A stretch of 63,359 nt of DNA from Prasinococcaceae sp. CCMP 1430 (GCA_013416795.1 RQSC01000602.1:12220-75578), one strand, 5' to 3'; counted from the stretch's first letter, positions 11,357 to 22,521 are shown. The notes: generated by a model from the sequence alone, not told the origin. Program-made: numbers and translations.

Positions 11357-14300
11357 CTACCTCTTGCCGAAGAACGAGGCGATGCCCAGCTGCTTGGTGG
11401 ACTTGGCCCTCTTCGCCGGGGGGGCGGCGCGGTCGCCCGGGGCCGGGCGAGACCTCGGCTGCGCGTGCTGCGCGTTGGGCGTGGGCGCCACCACGGGCGC
11501 CGGGCGCGCCTGCTGCTCGGCGGTGGCGGGCTCCTCCAAGGCGGGCCCGGCGGCGGGCGCCGAGGGCGTGGTGGCCCCCTGGTCTGATGCGGCAGCCGCG
11601 CTCGCGCCGTGCGCCTGCCGCAGCTTGCTGATCGCGGCCTCCCACGGGCGCTTGCTCTTGCCCTTGCCCTTGCCCTTGCTCGCACCGCTGCTCGTGGTGC
11701 GCTTGCGTTTGGGTTTGGGCGAGGCATTGAACGCGCCTATGTCCATCAGCGGCACGGGCGAATCTGTCCCGGCCGGGGCGAGGCCGTCGGCTGCGCGGTC
11801 GGGGGTGGGGACGGCCCTGGGCGCCGAAGTGCCGTCGGATGGGGCGCTGCGGTCACGATTTCGCGCGCGTGTGTGTGCACAGGTGTCAGCGCACGCGCGT
11901 GATGTGCACAGCTGCCGCACAGCGCGTGCGCTCGTCTGCGCGTACGTTTTTGGCTTGGTGCCTGGAGCAGGCCCGCCGGTCGGCTTGCGCGCGCGCACGC
12001 GCGGCTTCTTCTCCGCGGGAGGCTTCGGCGGCGGCTTGGGCTTGGGTGCGTGGGGGTCCGCGCCGAGGACGTAGGCGTCCATGAGCCTGCGCAGGCGTGC
12101 TGAGATTTTGTGGTTCGCCGGCCATGCCTTCAGCTCCACCTTTGGCTCGGCCGCGCCCTCCTCGGCCTTGGGCTCGGCCGCGCCGCCCTCGGGCTGGCTC
12201 GTGCCAGCCGCGGCGGCCTCGGCCTCGGCTTTCTCCTTCAGCGCTAGTTCCCTGTTGGTAATGCAGAACTTCTTTGCCGCCGGCATGCGACAGTTCTTGC
12301 AGTGGCCGCATCGCGGGCGAAGCTTCGTGCCGGGGGCCGCCACTTGGCGCAGCGGTTGCGCGGCCGCCCCGCACAGCGACACGAATGGAAGGTCGCGGTC
12401 GTTGCGGGTGGCCTGAAGGTCGCGCTCCTGGCAGCCGTGCCTATGTGCACCTTGCAGGAGCGCCACGTCATGCACCGCCTCCCACCACTCGGCCGGGGGT
12501 TCGCCCTTCTTGCCTCCCGGGGCGAGCGGCGGCGCCACCTCGCCTGCGCCAATGGCTGCATGCAAGCGCGCTGCCTTCTGCAAACCTGTGGCGAGCTGCT
12601 TGGCGCGCGAGGCGGCGCCCGGAAGGAACAGGTATGCACAACACTCACGTAGCACGCCACGTGTGGGCTCAGCTGCCAAATCTGCCCAATCGCTCCCTTG
12701 AGCAGCGGTACGAGCGTCAGCTGGAGCGCCTCCCAAGTCCTGTGGACTGCCTGCCGCATCCGCCCTGGGACTGGCGGCCTCAGCTGAAGCGCCCCCGTCC
12801 TCAGCAGAGGTGGAGCCTCCCGCCCCAGCAGCACCACCGCCTGCAACAGGAGTGTCGCCGACATCACTGGGAACGTCGTCGCCTGTGCCGGGGGCCGCAC
12901 TGCTAGCGTTCCTGTCATCGCCGTTGCCACTGGGGGCATCGGCTGCGTCGCTGCCTCGTGCGCCGGCTGCAGTGGGCTTCGCAGGCGCACCCTGTTCCCT
13001 GCTTGCCGTGGGCGCTCCAGCTGGCTTTGGGCACGCAAATATGTCCATGGCACTCGCGTGTGCAATGGCACCCTCGAGCGCATTCACGACACTTTTCGCC
13101 TCATCTTCGTCCACCCATGGGGGCAGGCCAGCTCCCTTCACACACTCGGCGGCGCGGCCGGGTCCGAGACTGATCAGCCGCGCCTCCAAGGCTTTGACAT
13201 TTGCTTTGGTCCACGCACGCGGCTTTGCGAGGCCCACAAGGTTCACGAAGTCATCCTCCGAGTCACCCAGCACATCCTCCATGGCGTCCCGGTCTGGGCT
13301 GCTGTTGTCCCCTCCCGCAGACTTGCGTCCGCTGCGCCCGCGTCCGCGGACCGGTGAGAGCTGGATGCGCTGCACCCTCTTGCGCTCACGCTTGCCGTAC
13401 ACCAAGAGATGGTCGCCACGTTCGAGCGCGGCGCGCTCCTCATCTGCCTGCGCCACCGCCTGCGGCAGCAGCTGGTCCCAGAACGCACGACCAGAAGCGT
13501 CGGCGGCGTCCTCGGGCATAGCGAATGTCGCCACGCTGAACGAATTACCGCCGCCGGATTTCTCTCCTGCGTCGAGCGCCCTCTTTTGAGTGCGCTTCTC
13601 AAGCATCTGTTCGATGTCCTCCTCAGCAAACGCCGCAGCCTCCTGCTCGGCTTCCTCGCCGGCGTTGAGCACAGCATACGCGCCCTCTCGAAGCATGCGG
13701 TCCAGCGCCTCGGCGCTCTCCGGCCCCCCCTCGCCGGAGCCCACGGCGCCGCCGCCCAAGATGGCGTCGTCGAGCCCCTGCTTGCGGCTTGACACCTCGA
13801 AGAGGCGTTGCTCGTACGTACCCTTGGTGATTAATCGATAGATGGTGACGTCCTTGGTCTGGCCGATGCGATGGCAACGAGCCATCGCCTGCAGGTCGTT
13901 TTGCGGATTCCAGTCGGAGTCGTAGATGATGGCCGTGTCAGCAGCCGTTAGCGTAATGCCGAGCCCGCCCGCGCGCGTGGACAGCAGGAAGACGAACGGC
14001 TGGCCGGCCGCCTGTGCGCCACCCTCGGCCTGAAAGCGTGCCATTGCAGCGTCGCGGTCAGAGCGTCCCGTGTTGCCGTCGAGGCGCTCGAAAGGCATGC
14101 CACAGCGGTCCAGGTACTCGGCAATCAGGTCGAGCTGCATGGTAAACTGGCTGAAAATGAGCACCTTCGAGCCCTCGCGGCGCAGCTTGGGCAGCAGCTT
14201 GTTAAGGAAGAGCATCTTGCCGCTCGCGCTCACGAGTGGGTCGGACGCGCTCAGCTGGCCAGGTGCGGGGGCGTCCTCGGCGCCCGCGGCGGCGAGCGTC

Positions 14301-16000
14301 TGCGCGTGCGCCCTCTCGAGCTCCTCGCGCGCGCCTTCGATGGAAAATGGGTGGTTGCAGACCTTGCGAAGCTGCATGCACGTGTTGCGGAGCGCCGGCA
14401 CGTTGCGGCCACGGATGAGCGCGCCCACTGAGCCCTCGAGGAGCGCGCGGTACCACACGCGTTGCGCGGGCGTGAGCTCCACGTTCATAATGACCTCCTC
14501 CTTGGCGGGCAGCTCGCCGTTGCCCATCACATCCTCCTTGGTGCGGCGCAGCAGGAGCGGCTGCAGCATGCGGCGGATGGACTGCACCTGCAGGGCCGAC
14601 GTCACCTGGCCAAAGTTCCCCTGCCACTCCTCCTCATCGCCGAACGTGTCCTCATCCAGCAGGTTGAGCAGCGAAAACAGCTCCAGGGAGTTGTTCTGTA
14701 CGGGCGTGCCCGTCAGCAGCAGCAGGTGGTCGCGCGCGAGCTCCTGCACACTCGCGCGCGTGGCGCTCTCGATGCCCTTGAGGCGGTGCGCCTCGTCGAC
14801 GACCACGCAGCGCCAATGCACATCCGCCAGCGGCGGTGGGTCGTCCGCCCGGAGCGCCTCGAAGCTCGTCAGCACCACCTGCAGCCGGGGCGCCTCGCCC
14901 TTGGCGCGGCGCCCCCCGGGGTGCCACTCGTGCTCCACCACCGCCTCTCGGTTGGGGCGAGAGCCGCCATACGTCACCACGTCGAGGTGGCTCCACGCTC
15001 CCACCTCGCGCTCCCAGTGTCCCAACGTGGACACCGGCGCAACCACCAGGAATGGCCCTGTGATGCGCCAGCTCTCGGCGAGGCTGCTCAGGAAGGTGAC
15101 CGTCTGCGCCGTCTTGCCGAGGCCCATCTCGTCGCCGAGGATGCACGACGTCCGCGCCATGTAGCGGTCGAGCATCCACCGCACGCCCTCGAGCTGATAG
15201 TCGCGCAGGGCGCGCCCGCCAGTGGTCGTCGCCGGCGGCTCCCACCCTTCTACGAACGCGCGCGCGGCCTTGCGCGTCGCAGGCAGCCTCGCCGGGGATG
15301 GGCGCGCCGGGCGACGCGCCTCGAACGCCGCGAGCGCCGCTGCGAAGGCGCCTGCCGGCGTCGCCTCCGCCGCCTCCGCCGCCTCCGCCGCCTCCGCCGC
15401 GCGTGCGGCGTCGTCCGCGAGCAGGTCGTCCTCAGGCTCGATCGTCGCCTGCGTGTAGTCGAGGCCGTGCCACTTGACGAGCGCGGTGCCGCTTTCCACG
15501 TCGCGAGCGAGCACGCGCTCGGGCACGGCGTACTCGGCGTGCACGCCGGCCTCCGGGTCGAAGAGCGTTGGGGCACCCTTGGCCTCGTACGCCCTGAGCT
15601 TGGGGAGCGCTGCGCGCGCTAGCTCGCGCCGCGGCACCCAGACCGCCTCACGGTATGACACGTCGTTGAGCTTCACCAGGAACTCGTCGCCGCCCTCGTC
15701 CTCGCCCTCGGTGCCGGCGCCGGCGTGCGCGGCCGCGTCTGCGTCTGCGTCCGCGCCGCCTGCCGGCTGGGCGCGCGCTCGCCGCGTGCGACGCGCGCAC
15801 ACGCGTTCCACCTCGCCTTCAGAGAGCTCGCCCTCGGCGTGCGGCTCGCGCGCGGCGAGCTCGGCCGCCTCGGCGGCGGCGGCCTCGCCGTCCGACATGA
15901 GGAAGTCGGCGTCGGAGTCCGAGTCGGACGCCTCCGCGTAGCACGCGACGGCGGCCGCGCGCCGTCGCCGCCGCGGGGAGGAGGGCGCGTCCACTGCCGC
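11357..16000 (-). CDS. CHD-family SNF2 chromatin remodeller (chromodomain-like region plus helicase); N-terminus in gap
   Basis: LVKWHGLDY chromodomain-like segment, LRDYQLEGVRWM, ILGDEMGLGKT, VVVDEAHRLK, LTGTPVQN, LRKVCNHPF, FLLSTRAGGLGITLTAAD, SDWNPQNDLQAMARCHRIGQ. Likely in-frame 99-nt intron 11847-11945. Confidence 0.92.
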   Translation of the reverse strand, partial: AAVDAPSSPRRRRRAAAVACYAEASDSDSDADFLMSDGEAAAAEAAELAAREPHAEGELSEGEVERVCARRTRRARAQPAGGADADADAAAHAGAGTEGEDEGGDEFLVKLNDVSYREAVWVPRRELARAALPKLRAYEAKGAPTLFDPEAGVHAEYAVPERVLARDVESGTALVKWHGLDYTQATIEPEDDLLADDAARAAEAAEAAEAAEATPAGAFAAALAAFEARRPARPSPARLPATRKAARAFVEGWEPPATTTGGRALRDYQLEGVRWMLDRYMARTSCILGDEMGLGKTAQTVTFLSSLAESWRITGPFLVVAPVSTLGHWEREVGAWSHLDVVTYGGSRPNREAVVEHEWHPGGRRAKGEAPRLQVVLTSFEALRADDPPPLADVHWRCVVVDEAHRLKGIESATRASVQELARDHLLLLTGTPVQNNSLELFSLLNLLDEDTFGDEEEWQGNFGQVTSALQVQSIRRMLQPLLLRRTKEDVMGNGELPAKEEVIMNVELTPAQRVWYRALLEGSVGALIRGRNVPALRNTCMQLRKVCNHPFSIEGAREELERAHAQTLAAAGAEDAPAPGQLSASDPLVSASGKMLFLNKLLPKLRREGSKVLIFSQFTMQLDLIAEYLDRCGMPFERLDGNTGRSDRDAAMARFQAEGGAQAAGQPFVFLLSTRAGGLGITLTAADTAIIYDSDWNPQNDLQAMARCHRIGQTKDVTIYRLITKGTYEQRLFEVSSRKQGLDDAILGGGAVGSGEGGPESAEALDRMLREGAYAVLNAGEEAEQEAAAFAEEDIEQMLEKRTQKRALDAGEKSGGGNSFSVATFAMPEDAADASGRAFWDQLLPQAVAQADEERAALERGDHLLVYGKRERKRVQRIQLSPVRGRGRSGRKSAGGDNSSPDRDAMEDVLGDSEDDFVNLVGLAKPRAWTKANVKALEARLISLGPGRAAECVKGAGLPPWVDEDEAKSVVNALEGAIAHASAMDIFACPKPAGAPTASREQGAPAKPTAAGARGSDAADAPSGNGDDRNASSAAPGTGDDVPSDVGDTPVAGGGAAGAGGSTSAEDGGASAEAASPRADAAGSPQDLGGAPADARTAAQGSDWADLAAEPTRGVLRECCAYLFLPGAASRAKQLATGLQKAARLHAAIGAGEVAPPLAPGGKKGEPPAEWWEAVHDVALLQGAHRHGCQERDLQATRNDRDLPFVSLCGAAAQPLRQVAAPGTKLRPRCGHCKNCRMPAAKKFCITNRELALKEKAEAEAAAAGTSQPEGGAAEPKAEEGAAEPKVELKAWPANHKISARLRRLMDAYVLGADPHAPKPKPPPKPPAEKKPRVRARKPTGGPAPGTKPKTYAQTSARAVRQLCTSRACADTCAHTRARNRDRSAPSDGTSAPRAVPTPDRAADGLAPAGTDSPVPLMDIGAFNASPKPKRKRTTSSGASKGKGKGKSKRPWEAAISKLRQAHGASAAAASDQGATTPSAPAAGPALEEPATAEQQARPAPVVAPTPNAQHAQPRSRPAPGDRAAPPAKRAKSTKQLGIASFFGKR

Positions 16001-16936
16001 NNNNNNNNNNNNNNNNNNNNNNNNNNNNNNNNNNNNNNNNNNNNNNNNNNNNNNNNNNNNNNNNNNNNNNNNNNNNNNNNNNNNNNNNNNNNNNNNNNNN
16101 NNNNNNNNNNNNNNNNNNNNNNNNNNNNNNNNNNNNNNNNNNNNNNNNNNNNNNNNNNNNNNNNNNNNNNNNNNNNNNNNCGCGCTCCCGCCCGGCCCCG
16201 CGCGCGCGCGCGGAGTGGCGCTCCCCTGCGCGCGCGCGCGCGCTTTCGAGCGCGGCACCGAATTGAGAATTCGGATCGAATTTTCGAACGCGGGCCGATG
16301 GGACATTGGGATGCGTTTTCGGCCGAGACCGGACCCTAAAACCCATATGAAAGGGACCCAAACCCTAAACCCGGGCACAGTCCGGGTTGGGGGCATTTTT
16401 TGTTTTCTTTCCCCCGGTTCCACCGCTTTCTTTCCCAGGTCGTCCATTTTTTTTGAGCTCGACACCGGCGTACATCCCAGAAATGCTCGGGCCGGCGCCG
16501 GGGGGGGCTGGTGCGTCCGGGTCGGCAGCGCGATGCTGGGACAAAACGCGCACGCGTGGCGATGTACGGGGGTGCGGGTCTCATCCCCGGTTGGGACCTC
16601 CCGGATGTTTTGGGGCTACTGGGGACGCGGCGGTCCGAACCCGAATGGACGGGGGAGGCCGGGAACTTCGCCAGCAACTCGCGCTGATGGCCAGCGAAAG
16701 TGCTTTGGGGGGGATCTGAACCCTGAACCCCAAACAAGACATGATGGTCCGAACCCGGATCGTGGAATCGTGGAATCGCCAGATCGATGGCAGCCCGCAC
16801 GTTCCCCGCGCCGCGCCCGCGCCGACGCGACAGGCCATCGGCACGCGCGCGCAGCGCGCAGCGTGGCCGCCGCGCCAAGAATTACGGGCCCGAGTGAGGG
16901 GCAGAGCGGAAGGCGCGCCACACGGCGCGCGCGAAG

Positions 16937-16940
<4 letters not shown>

Positions 16941-16992
<52 letters not shown>
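16941..16992. repeat. (GA)26 microsatellite
   Basis: Uninterrupted GA run read directly. Confidence 0.95.
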
Positions 16993-16995
<3 letters not shown>

Positions 16996-17178
16996 TGGCT
17001 CCCACGCCACGTTGCGGGGTGCGTGCAACAAGCGCCGGCCGCACAGCAACGTAGCTGCGCGCGAGGTGGACTGGCACGCAGCCCGGGCGCGTCGCTCGAG
17101 CGACGCAGCAGGCTGAGTGAGCGGCAAGGGTGGGCGCGGGCACTGCCCAAAGCTATTGAGGAGGCGCCGCCTAAGAGC

Positions 17179-18360
17179 ATGGATGGCGCGCCGGCGATCA
17201 CCCGCTGCCGCACGGCCGTGCGCGGGCCGGACAGCTGTGGCAAGCTTTTCTGGGAGATCCAGGGGATGGACAAGCAGACGCTGGTGGCGTGTGGCGGTAC
17301 AGTGCTAAAAAGCTCAAGCTTCAGCGCTGGCGGTGTCGAATGGCGTGTTAATGTGTACCCAGATGGCAATACTAATGGGTACAGGTCCTACGAGAGGGAC
17401 CAGAGGGGCGTCGGTGCCTGTTTGGAGATCGTAACGCCTGGCAAGGCTGTGAAGTGCACCTACTCGCTCAGTGTCTGCGGCAAATGCTCGGGCAAAAGTT
17501 CGACGAAGTTTGGCAAGCCTGGCACTGGCAGTTCTTCGAACGGTGACAACAACAGCCTGCTGGAAGATTGCGTGGCCAGCAGTAGCCCTTCATATAGGAC
17601 AGAGTGGAATCACGACGATCTCGCGAGGTCTGGCCCGCTCCTCGACGGGAAGCTCGTCATCGAGGCCGAGGTGTGCGTCGTGCCTTTCGATTTGGCGAAT
17701 CCTCCGATGGCAACGCAGTTCGAGGTGTCTTCCGACGAATCAAGGCTACGCGCGCTTGCCTCAGACATGGACGCGCTACAGAACGACACTGACAGCGCAG
17801 ACATGACTGTCGTCGTCGGCGATGAAGAGTTCCGTGTGCACGCTGCGGTGCTGTCAGCCCGTTGCCCCGTGTTCAAGGCCCTTCTGCGCCGCGAGGGGGA
17901 CAGCAAAAGTATCTCGCTGTCCGAGATCGAGCCGGATGTGTTCAAGCTGCTGCTGCGCTATCTGTACACCGGCGAGCTGCCACAGGGCGACGCTGCAACG
18001 GTTGAGATGCACCAGCACTTGCTAGTGGCGGCGGACCGCTTTGATGTGGCCTCTCTTTTTCAGGCCTGTGAGTGCGTGCTGATCGGCAACCTGTCGGTCG
18101 AAAGTGTGGGCTACACGCTAGAGCTGGCCGAGCAGCACGGCGCAAAGAAGCTCAAATCTGCCGCACTTCAGTACGTGGCCACCCATGCGCGGGAGGTGAC
18201 GATGACGAAGGGCTGGTGGCATCTCGTCCATGCGGCTCCTGTGCTGCAGTCCGAGGCATTGCGTGCAGCCTTGGGCTGTCGGGATACGCGCGTCGTGCCA
18301 CCGCCAGCTGCTGGAGCAGATGAAGAGACCGCCGCCGCGCCGGCGACGCCGACGCCGTGA
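17179..18360 (+). CDS. MATH-BTB/POZ protein (SPOP/BPM-like), intronless
   Basis: MATH-like FSAGGVEWRVNVYPDG, then BTB ADMTVVVGDEEFRVHAAVLSARCPVFKAL, IEPDVFKLLLRYLYTG, HLLVAADRF, LFQACE. Confidence 0.88.
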   Translation: MDGAPAITRCRTAVRGPDSCGKLFWEIQGMDKQTLVACGGTVLKSSSFSAGGVEWRVNVYPDGNTNGYRSYERDQRGVGACLEIVTPGKAVKCTYSLSVCGKCSGKSSTKFGKPGTGSSSNGDNNSLLEDCVASSSPSYRTEWNHDDLARSGPLLDGKLVIEAEVCVVPFDLANPPMATQFEVSSDESRLRALASDMDALQNDTDSADMTVVVGDEEFRVHAAVLSARCPVFKALLRREGDSKSISLSEIEPDVFKLLLRYLYTGELPQGDAATVEMHQHLLVAADRFDVASLFQACECVLIGNLSVESVGYTLELAEQHGAKKLKSAALQYVATHAREVTMTKGWWHLVHAAPVLQSEALRAALGCRDTRVVPPPAAGADEETAAAPATPTP

Positions 18361-18650
18361 CCGAGTAGAGGTACGTCCAAACATCAAGTTCGAACCTCAT
18401 CGTTGGCGCCGGCCTAAGCTGCGACCGCGACCTCTCAATCGCGTTGTGCGGGGGGCGGCGGCGACGACGACACTGATAGCTGCGCGTACGCCGGCCATTC
18501 GACGTCGCGATAGGGCGGTGCCTGCGAGTCTTAGTCTCTTAGATGGGGGTAAAGGAGGCGCACGCGCGACAGGAGCACGCCAGGAGGAGGGAAAGCTCCG
18601 CAGGACGCAGCGCGCCACCTCTCTCTGGTACGCTCTCTAGAGCTAGCGCG

Positions 18651-19637
18651 CTAGTAAAAGAAGCCGGCCATCGCGCGCTGCTCGAAGTCAACGATGCCCA
18701 GGTATGGCAGGAGCGCCTTGGCGAGCGCGCGCGTGGTGTGCGTGTGCGCGTAGACGCGCCCCGGCCCCACCATCCGCGTTGCGAGCCCCTGGCCGGTGAC
18801 CACGGTGGTAAGGCAGTCCGCTGGGCACGCGATGTCCCACGACATGTCCGCCGACCAGGCGGCCAGATGGCTCGCGTCGACGATGCGCGCCTCGCCCTCG
18901 GCGAGCTCGTACTCTACGACGCCCCCGAAGCTCGACAGCACCAGAGTCTCGCTGGCGCCGCCGCTGGCGGTCGCCGTCTGCACGCAGCAGCCCTCGCCCC
19001 CGAAGCAGCCGCGAAGGCAGCCGAGAAAGGTGCAGCCGAGCTCCACGCCCTCCGTGCTCGCGAGGAAGGCACCGCGGCCGAGGTGCCAGCCCGTGGGCGC
19101 CTCTTCGCCGCCCACGTCGAGCAAGAGGACGTCCCCCGGCACCGCCGCCGCCACCAGCACGTCGCGCCCCTCGGGGTGCGCCCCTGACGGCCCCCGCGCC
19201 ACCTCCTCGCCGTACCTGAACACGGCCAGGCAACAACTCTCCTTCAGGAAGCACCCTCTCGCGCACCCCGCAAAGCACCCGCCGTCCAACGAGCAGTCGA
19301 CGTCTGCGAGTTGCGCAACGGGGGGCGAAGGATAGGGGCGGCACGCGTCAGCCCAGCGAGCACGCCGCACAAAAGCCTCGATGAGGGCGCGCGCACGCGC
19401 GCGCTCACCGACCGACCGCGGCGCGGAGAGCATGGCGCGCGCCTCGGCCTTGAACGCAGCGCCGGGGGGCACGCGCGCCTGCACGGCTCCGTACGAGCCG
19501 CGCTTGCGCAGCGTGAACGCCACCGTGCCGCCCTTGTGCAGGCCCATGGTGCTGCTGCTGCCGGTCGCGGTGGTGGCGCCCGCCACCATTGCCTCCTGCG
19601 CCGGGGCGATCATATCCGAGACCCCGGCCGAGGCCAT
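18651..19637 (-). CDS. AIM24 (DUF124/TIGR00266) family protein, paralog 1
   Basis: KAEARAM, WHLGRGAFLAS, LVLSSFGGVVEYEL, VDASHLAAW, VTGQGL...GPGRVYAHT. In-frame intron 19304-19408. Confidence 0.85.
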   Translation of the reverse strand: MASAGVSDMIAPAQEAMVAGATTATGSSSTMGLHKGGTVAFTLRKRGSYGAVQARVPPGAAFKAEARAMLSAPRSVGERARARALIEAFVRRARWADACRPYPSPPVAQLADVDCSLDGGCFAGCARGCFLKESCCLAVFRYGEEVARGPSGAHPEGRDVLVAAAVPGDVLLLDVGGEEAPTGWHLGRGAFLASTEGVELGCTFLGCLRGCFGGEGCCVQTATASGGASETLVLSSFGGVVEYELAEGEARIVDASHLAAWSADMSWDIACPADCLTTVVTGQGLATRMVGPGRVYAHTHTTRALAKALLPYLGIVDFEQRAMAGFFY

Positions 19638-20200
19638 CGCCCGGACCGCCCCCGCCGTGCCCGCCTGCCCTGCACCGCCAACAAGTGGACGGAAGCCGCC
19701 CGCCGCCGCTGCACCGCCGGCCCGGCGACGGACGGACGCGGGGTGCGCCGCGGCTGCTGCGGCGTCGCCTGTGGCGCCCGGCCCTCAACGCCGCGCCTTG
19801 GCGCGCCCAGCCCCTTGGGTGCCAGCGGGCGTGCCAGCGATTGAGATGGTTGCAGGCTCGCAGCCATCATGGTGTCGACAGCATGGCAGGATGTCGACTG
19901 TGTGTATTTTTCGTGCCAAGGCGGTGATCACGAGGGTGTTCACGTTCACATTTCACTGAAAGAAATTGGTTAGGCTGCGCGGGACGTGCTGTCAACAGCC
20001 TGACATGCATGACATCTCGCGCGCGCGCGTCGCTGCAGAGTGTGCGAGCCTCGGGAGGAGTGGGCAGGTCGTGCGCGGCTCCTCGCGCCTTGCGGGCCGC
20101 CCTCCTCCGCCGTCGCTCGCGCGCCACTCGGCTGCGCTGGCGCGTGCCTTCGCCGCGGACGGCTTTGAGCGTGGGGCGTCGCGCTGGGGGGCACGCCGCG

Positions 20201-21133
20201 ATGGGGGGGCAGCTCGAGGGCCTGACGGTGGCACCGGCGCAGCAGGTGATGGGGGCGACCATTGAGACCGAGTCTTTCATCGGCAAGGAGGATCGCCTCG
20301 ACGCCGCGGCGGCGGCCGCCGCGCGTGGCGGCGTGCTGCCCGACGAGATCCTGTTCGACGACCCGTCCGGGAAGTACGAGCTCCGCTTTCGCGGCGCGTT
20401 CCCGGCGGTGCAGGCGCGCGTATCTTACGAGGACCGCGTGGTGGCGGAGGGCGGCTCGATGCTCACTGCGAGCGAGGACGTGGACGTTTTCCCCTCGCTC
20501 GGTGGGGGAGGGGTCACGCAGGCGTGCTGCAGGTCTTGCTGCCTGGACGAGACGTTTTTCTTCAGCACCTACAAGGGAAAGACGCCCGGGGGCCCTGCGT
20601 CCAACGTGCTGCTCGCCCCGTCGCTGCCCGGCGAGATCGCGTTGCTCACAGTGGACGAGACGCGCAAGTGGCGCATCGGGCGCGGCGGCTTCTTCGCCGC
20701 CGACGACACCGTCGACCTCAAGGTGGTGCGGCAGACCATCGCACAGGGCTGCTGCTCCGGCGAAGGGCTCTTCGTGATGAAAGCGCGCGGCCACGGGCGC
20801 CTCCTCGTCAACAGCTACGGCGGGCTGGTCTTGTACCGTCTCCAGGACGGCGACGAGCGCGTCGTCGAGAACGGTCAGCTGGTGGCGTGGAGCGCCAACA
20901 CGCCGTACAAGATCGTGTGGACGTCGCGGCGCGGCGTGGTTGCCAGCTGCTTGAGCGGCCAGCGCCTCGCCTGCAAATTCGAGGCGCCGACGGACGGCAG
21001 CCCCGGGTACGTGCTCGCGAGCACGCACTCGGTGGAGCGGCTGGCGGCGGAAATGGTCCCGTTCCTCCCCAAGGGCGCGCCCGACTCCAACACGACAGGC
21101 GGCGGCGGCGACAACGGCGGCGGCGGCTTCTAA
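20201..21133 (+). CDS. AIM24 family protein, paralog 2, intronless
   Basis: VAEGGSML, LLAPSLPGEI, GRGGFFAAD, SGEGLFVMKARGHGRLLVNSYGGL, VVENGQLVAW, SGQRLACKF. Confidence 0.88.
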   Translation: MGGQLEGLTVAPAQQVMGATIETESFIGKEDRLDAAAAAAARGGVLPDEILFDDPSGKYELRFRGAFPAVQARVSYEDRVVAEGGSMLTASEDVDVFPSLGGGGVTQACCRSCCLDETFFFSTYKGKTPGGPASNVLLAPSLPGEIALLTVDETRKWRIGRGGFFAADDTVDLKVVRQTIAQGCCSGEGLFVMKARGHGRLLVNSYGGLVLYRLQDGDERVVENGQLVAWSANTPYKIVWTSRRGVVASCLSGQRLACKFEAPTDGSPGYVLASTHSVERLAAEMVPFLPKGAPDSNTTGGGGDNGGGGF

Positions 21134-21503
21134 CCCGCCGTTGGCGCTCCTCGCTGCCATCTCCCGGTCGCCCCCACCGTGCGTAATAACATGAACATCA
21201 TGATACCGTTGACACGCTCGCGGCGGCGCTCCTCCGACCGAGTCGGCGGCACGCACAGCCCGCTACGCCTGTGGCCGCCGCCCGCTGCGCGTGCGATGAG
21301 GTCCGCGTCGCCGCGCTCGGTCGGCCGTCCGCGCTCGTGAGCTGACCGACAGCGTCGCACGAGGGCTGTTTGGAGTTGATGATCAGTCAGTAAAAATGCG
21401 CCAAAAATATCTGTGCACGGTCCTTTAATGTGCAGCCGCCAGTGGCGCGCGGGCGCCACTGAGCGCGCGGCGAGCAGGCCACTGTGCTGCCCGCCGCGCG
21501 AAC

Positions 21504-22521
21504 ATGGAGCCCCCCTCGGCGAGCCAGACGATGCACTCGGCGCCGGTGGCCGCCGCCGCCGCGCCGCGCGCACCGTGGGAGCTCATTTCGACGGGCGGGG
21601 GCGCCGGGGGTGGCACGGACGGGGAGGCCGAGCTGCGCGACCCGTCGGGGGTGTTCGTCGTGCGGCGCAATGGCCCTTTCGCGTCGGCGGAGCTCGCCAT
21701 CCTGCCTGAGCACGGGCCGCTCAAGAGCGAGGGGAACGCTATGGTGAGCATGTCGCCCGCGGTGCTGCTCGAGACGCAGCTCGAAGGGGGTGCGCTGAAC
21801 GCGTGCTGCCTGTGCTGCTGCGCCAGCGAGTGGCCCTTCTTCAACAAATACAGCCTCAAGGAGGGCGGCGGGCAGCGCGGTGACGTCCTCGTGGCACCCC
21901 CGGCGCCTGGGGACGTGGTGCTTCTAGCTATTGCGCCCGGGCATCCGGGCTGGCACGTCAAGCGCGGCGCCTACCTCGCGAGCGACGCGACGGTCGACGT
22001 GCGTTGGCAGCTCAACACGGCAGGCGGCTTCTGCGGCGCGCTCCTGTCGGGGCGGAACATCTTCATGCTGCGGGCGACGGGTACGGGCAGGCTGCTGATC
22101 AACTCGTACGGTGCACTCGTGCGGTATGACCTCGGCCCCGGCGAGCGCCGCGTCGTCGACTTTGGCGCAGTGGTGGCGTGGGAGTCCGGAATGCGCTGGC
22201 GCGTGGCGCTGGCCTCGACGCACGGCGGCCTCGCCCGCTCGGCGGTGAAGAGCTTCCTGACCGAAGGGCTCACGCAGTCCTTCACCGGGGTGCGTGCGCG
22301 TGCCTGCGTGTGCGCCCGCGACGGCGCTGGTGAGTGTGTGCTCGTCTCGCTGACGTCATCACACACGGACCCATTCACGCGTGCAGCCTGGCGTCGTGTA
22401 CTGCCAGAGCCGCTCGTGGACCGGCCTCGCGCGCAACGTGTACCGCCATCTTCCGCAGGACACGCGCGAGGGCATCCGCGACAGGTCGGGCGGCTTCGTG
22501 GGCGGCATGTGGCAGGCGTGA
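21504..22521 (+). CDS. AIM24 family protein, paralog 3
   Basis: KSEGNAMVSMSPAV, LVAPPAPGDV, VKRGAYLASD, RATGTGRLLINSYGAL, VVDFGAVVAW. Intron 22290-22386 joins SFTG to PGVVYCQSRS; stop at 22519-22521. Confidence 0.88.
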
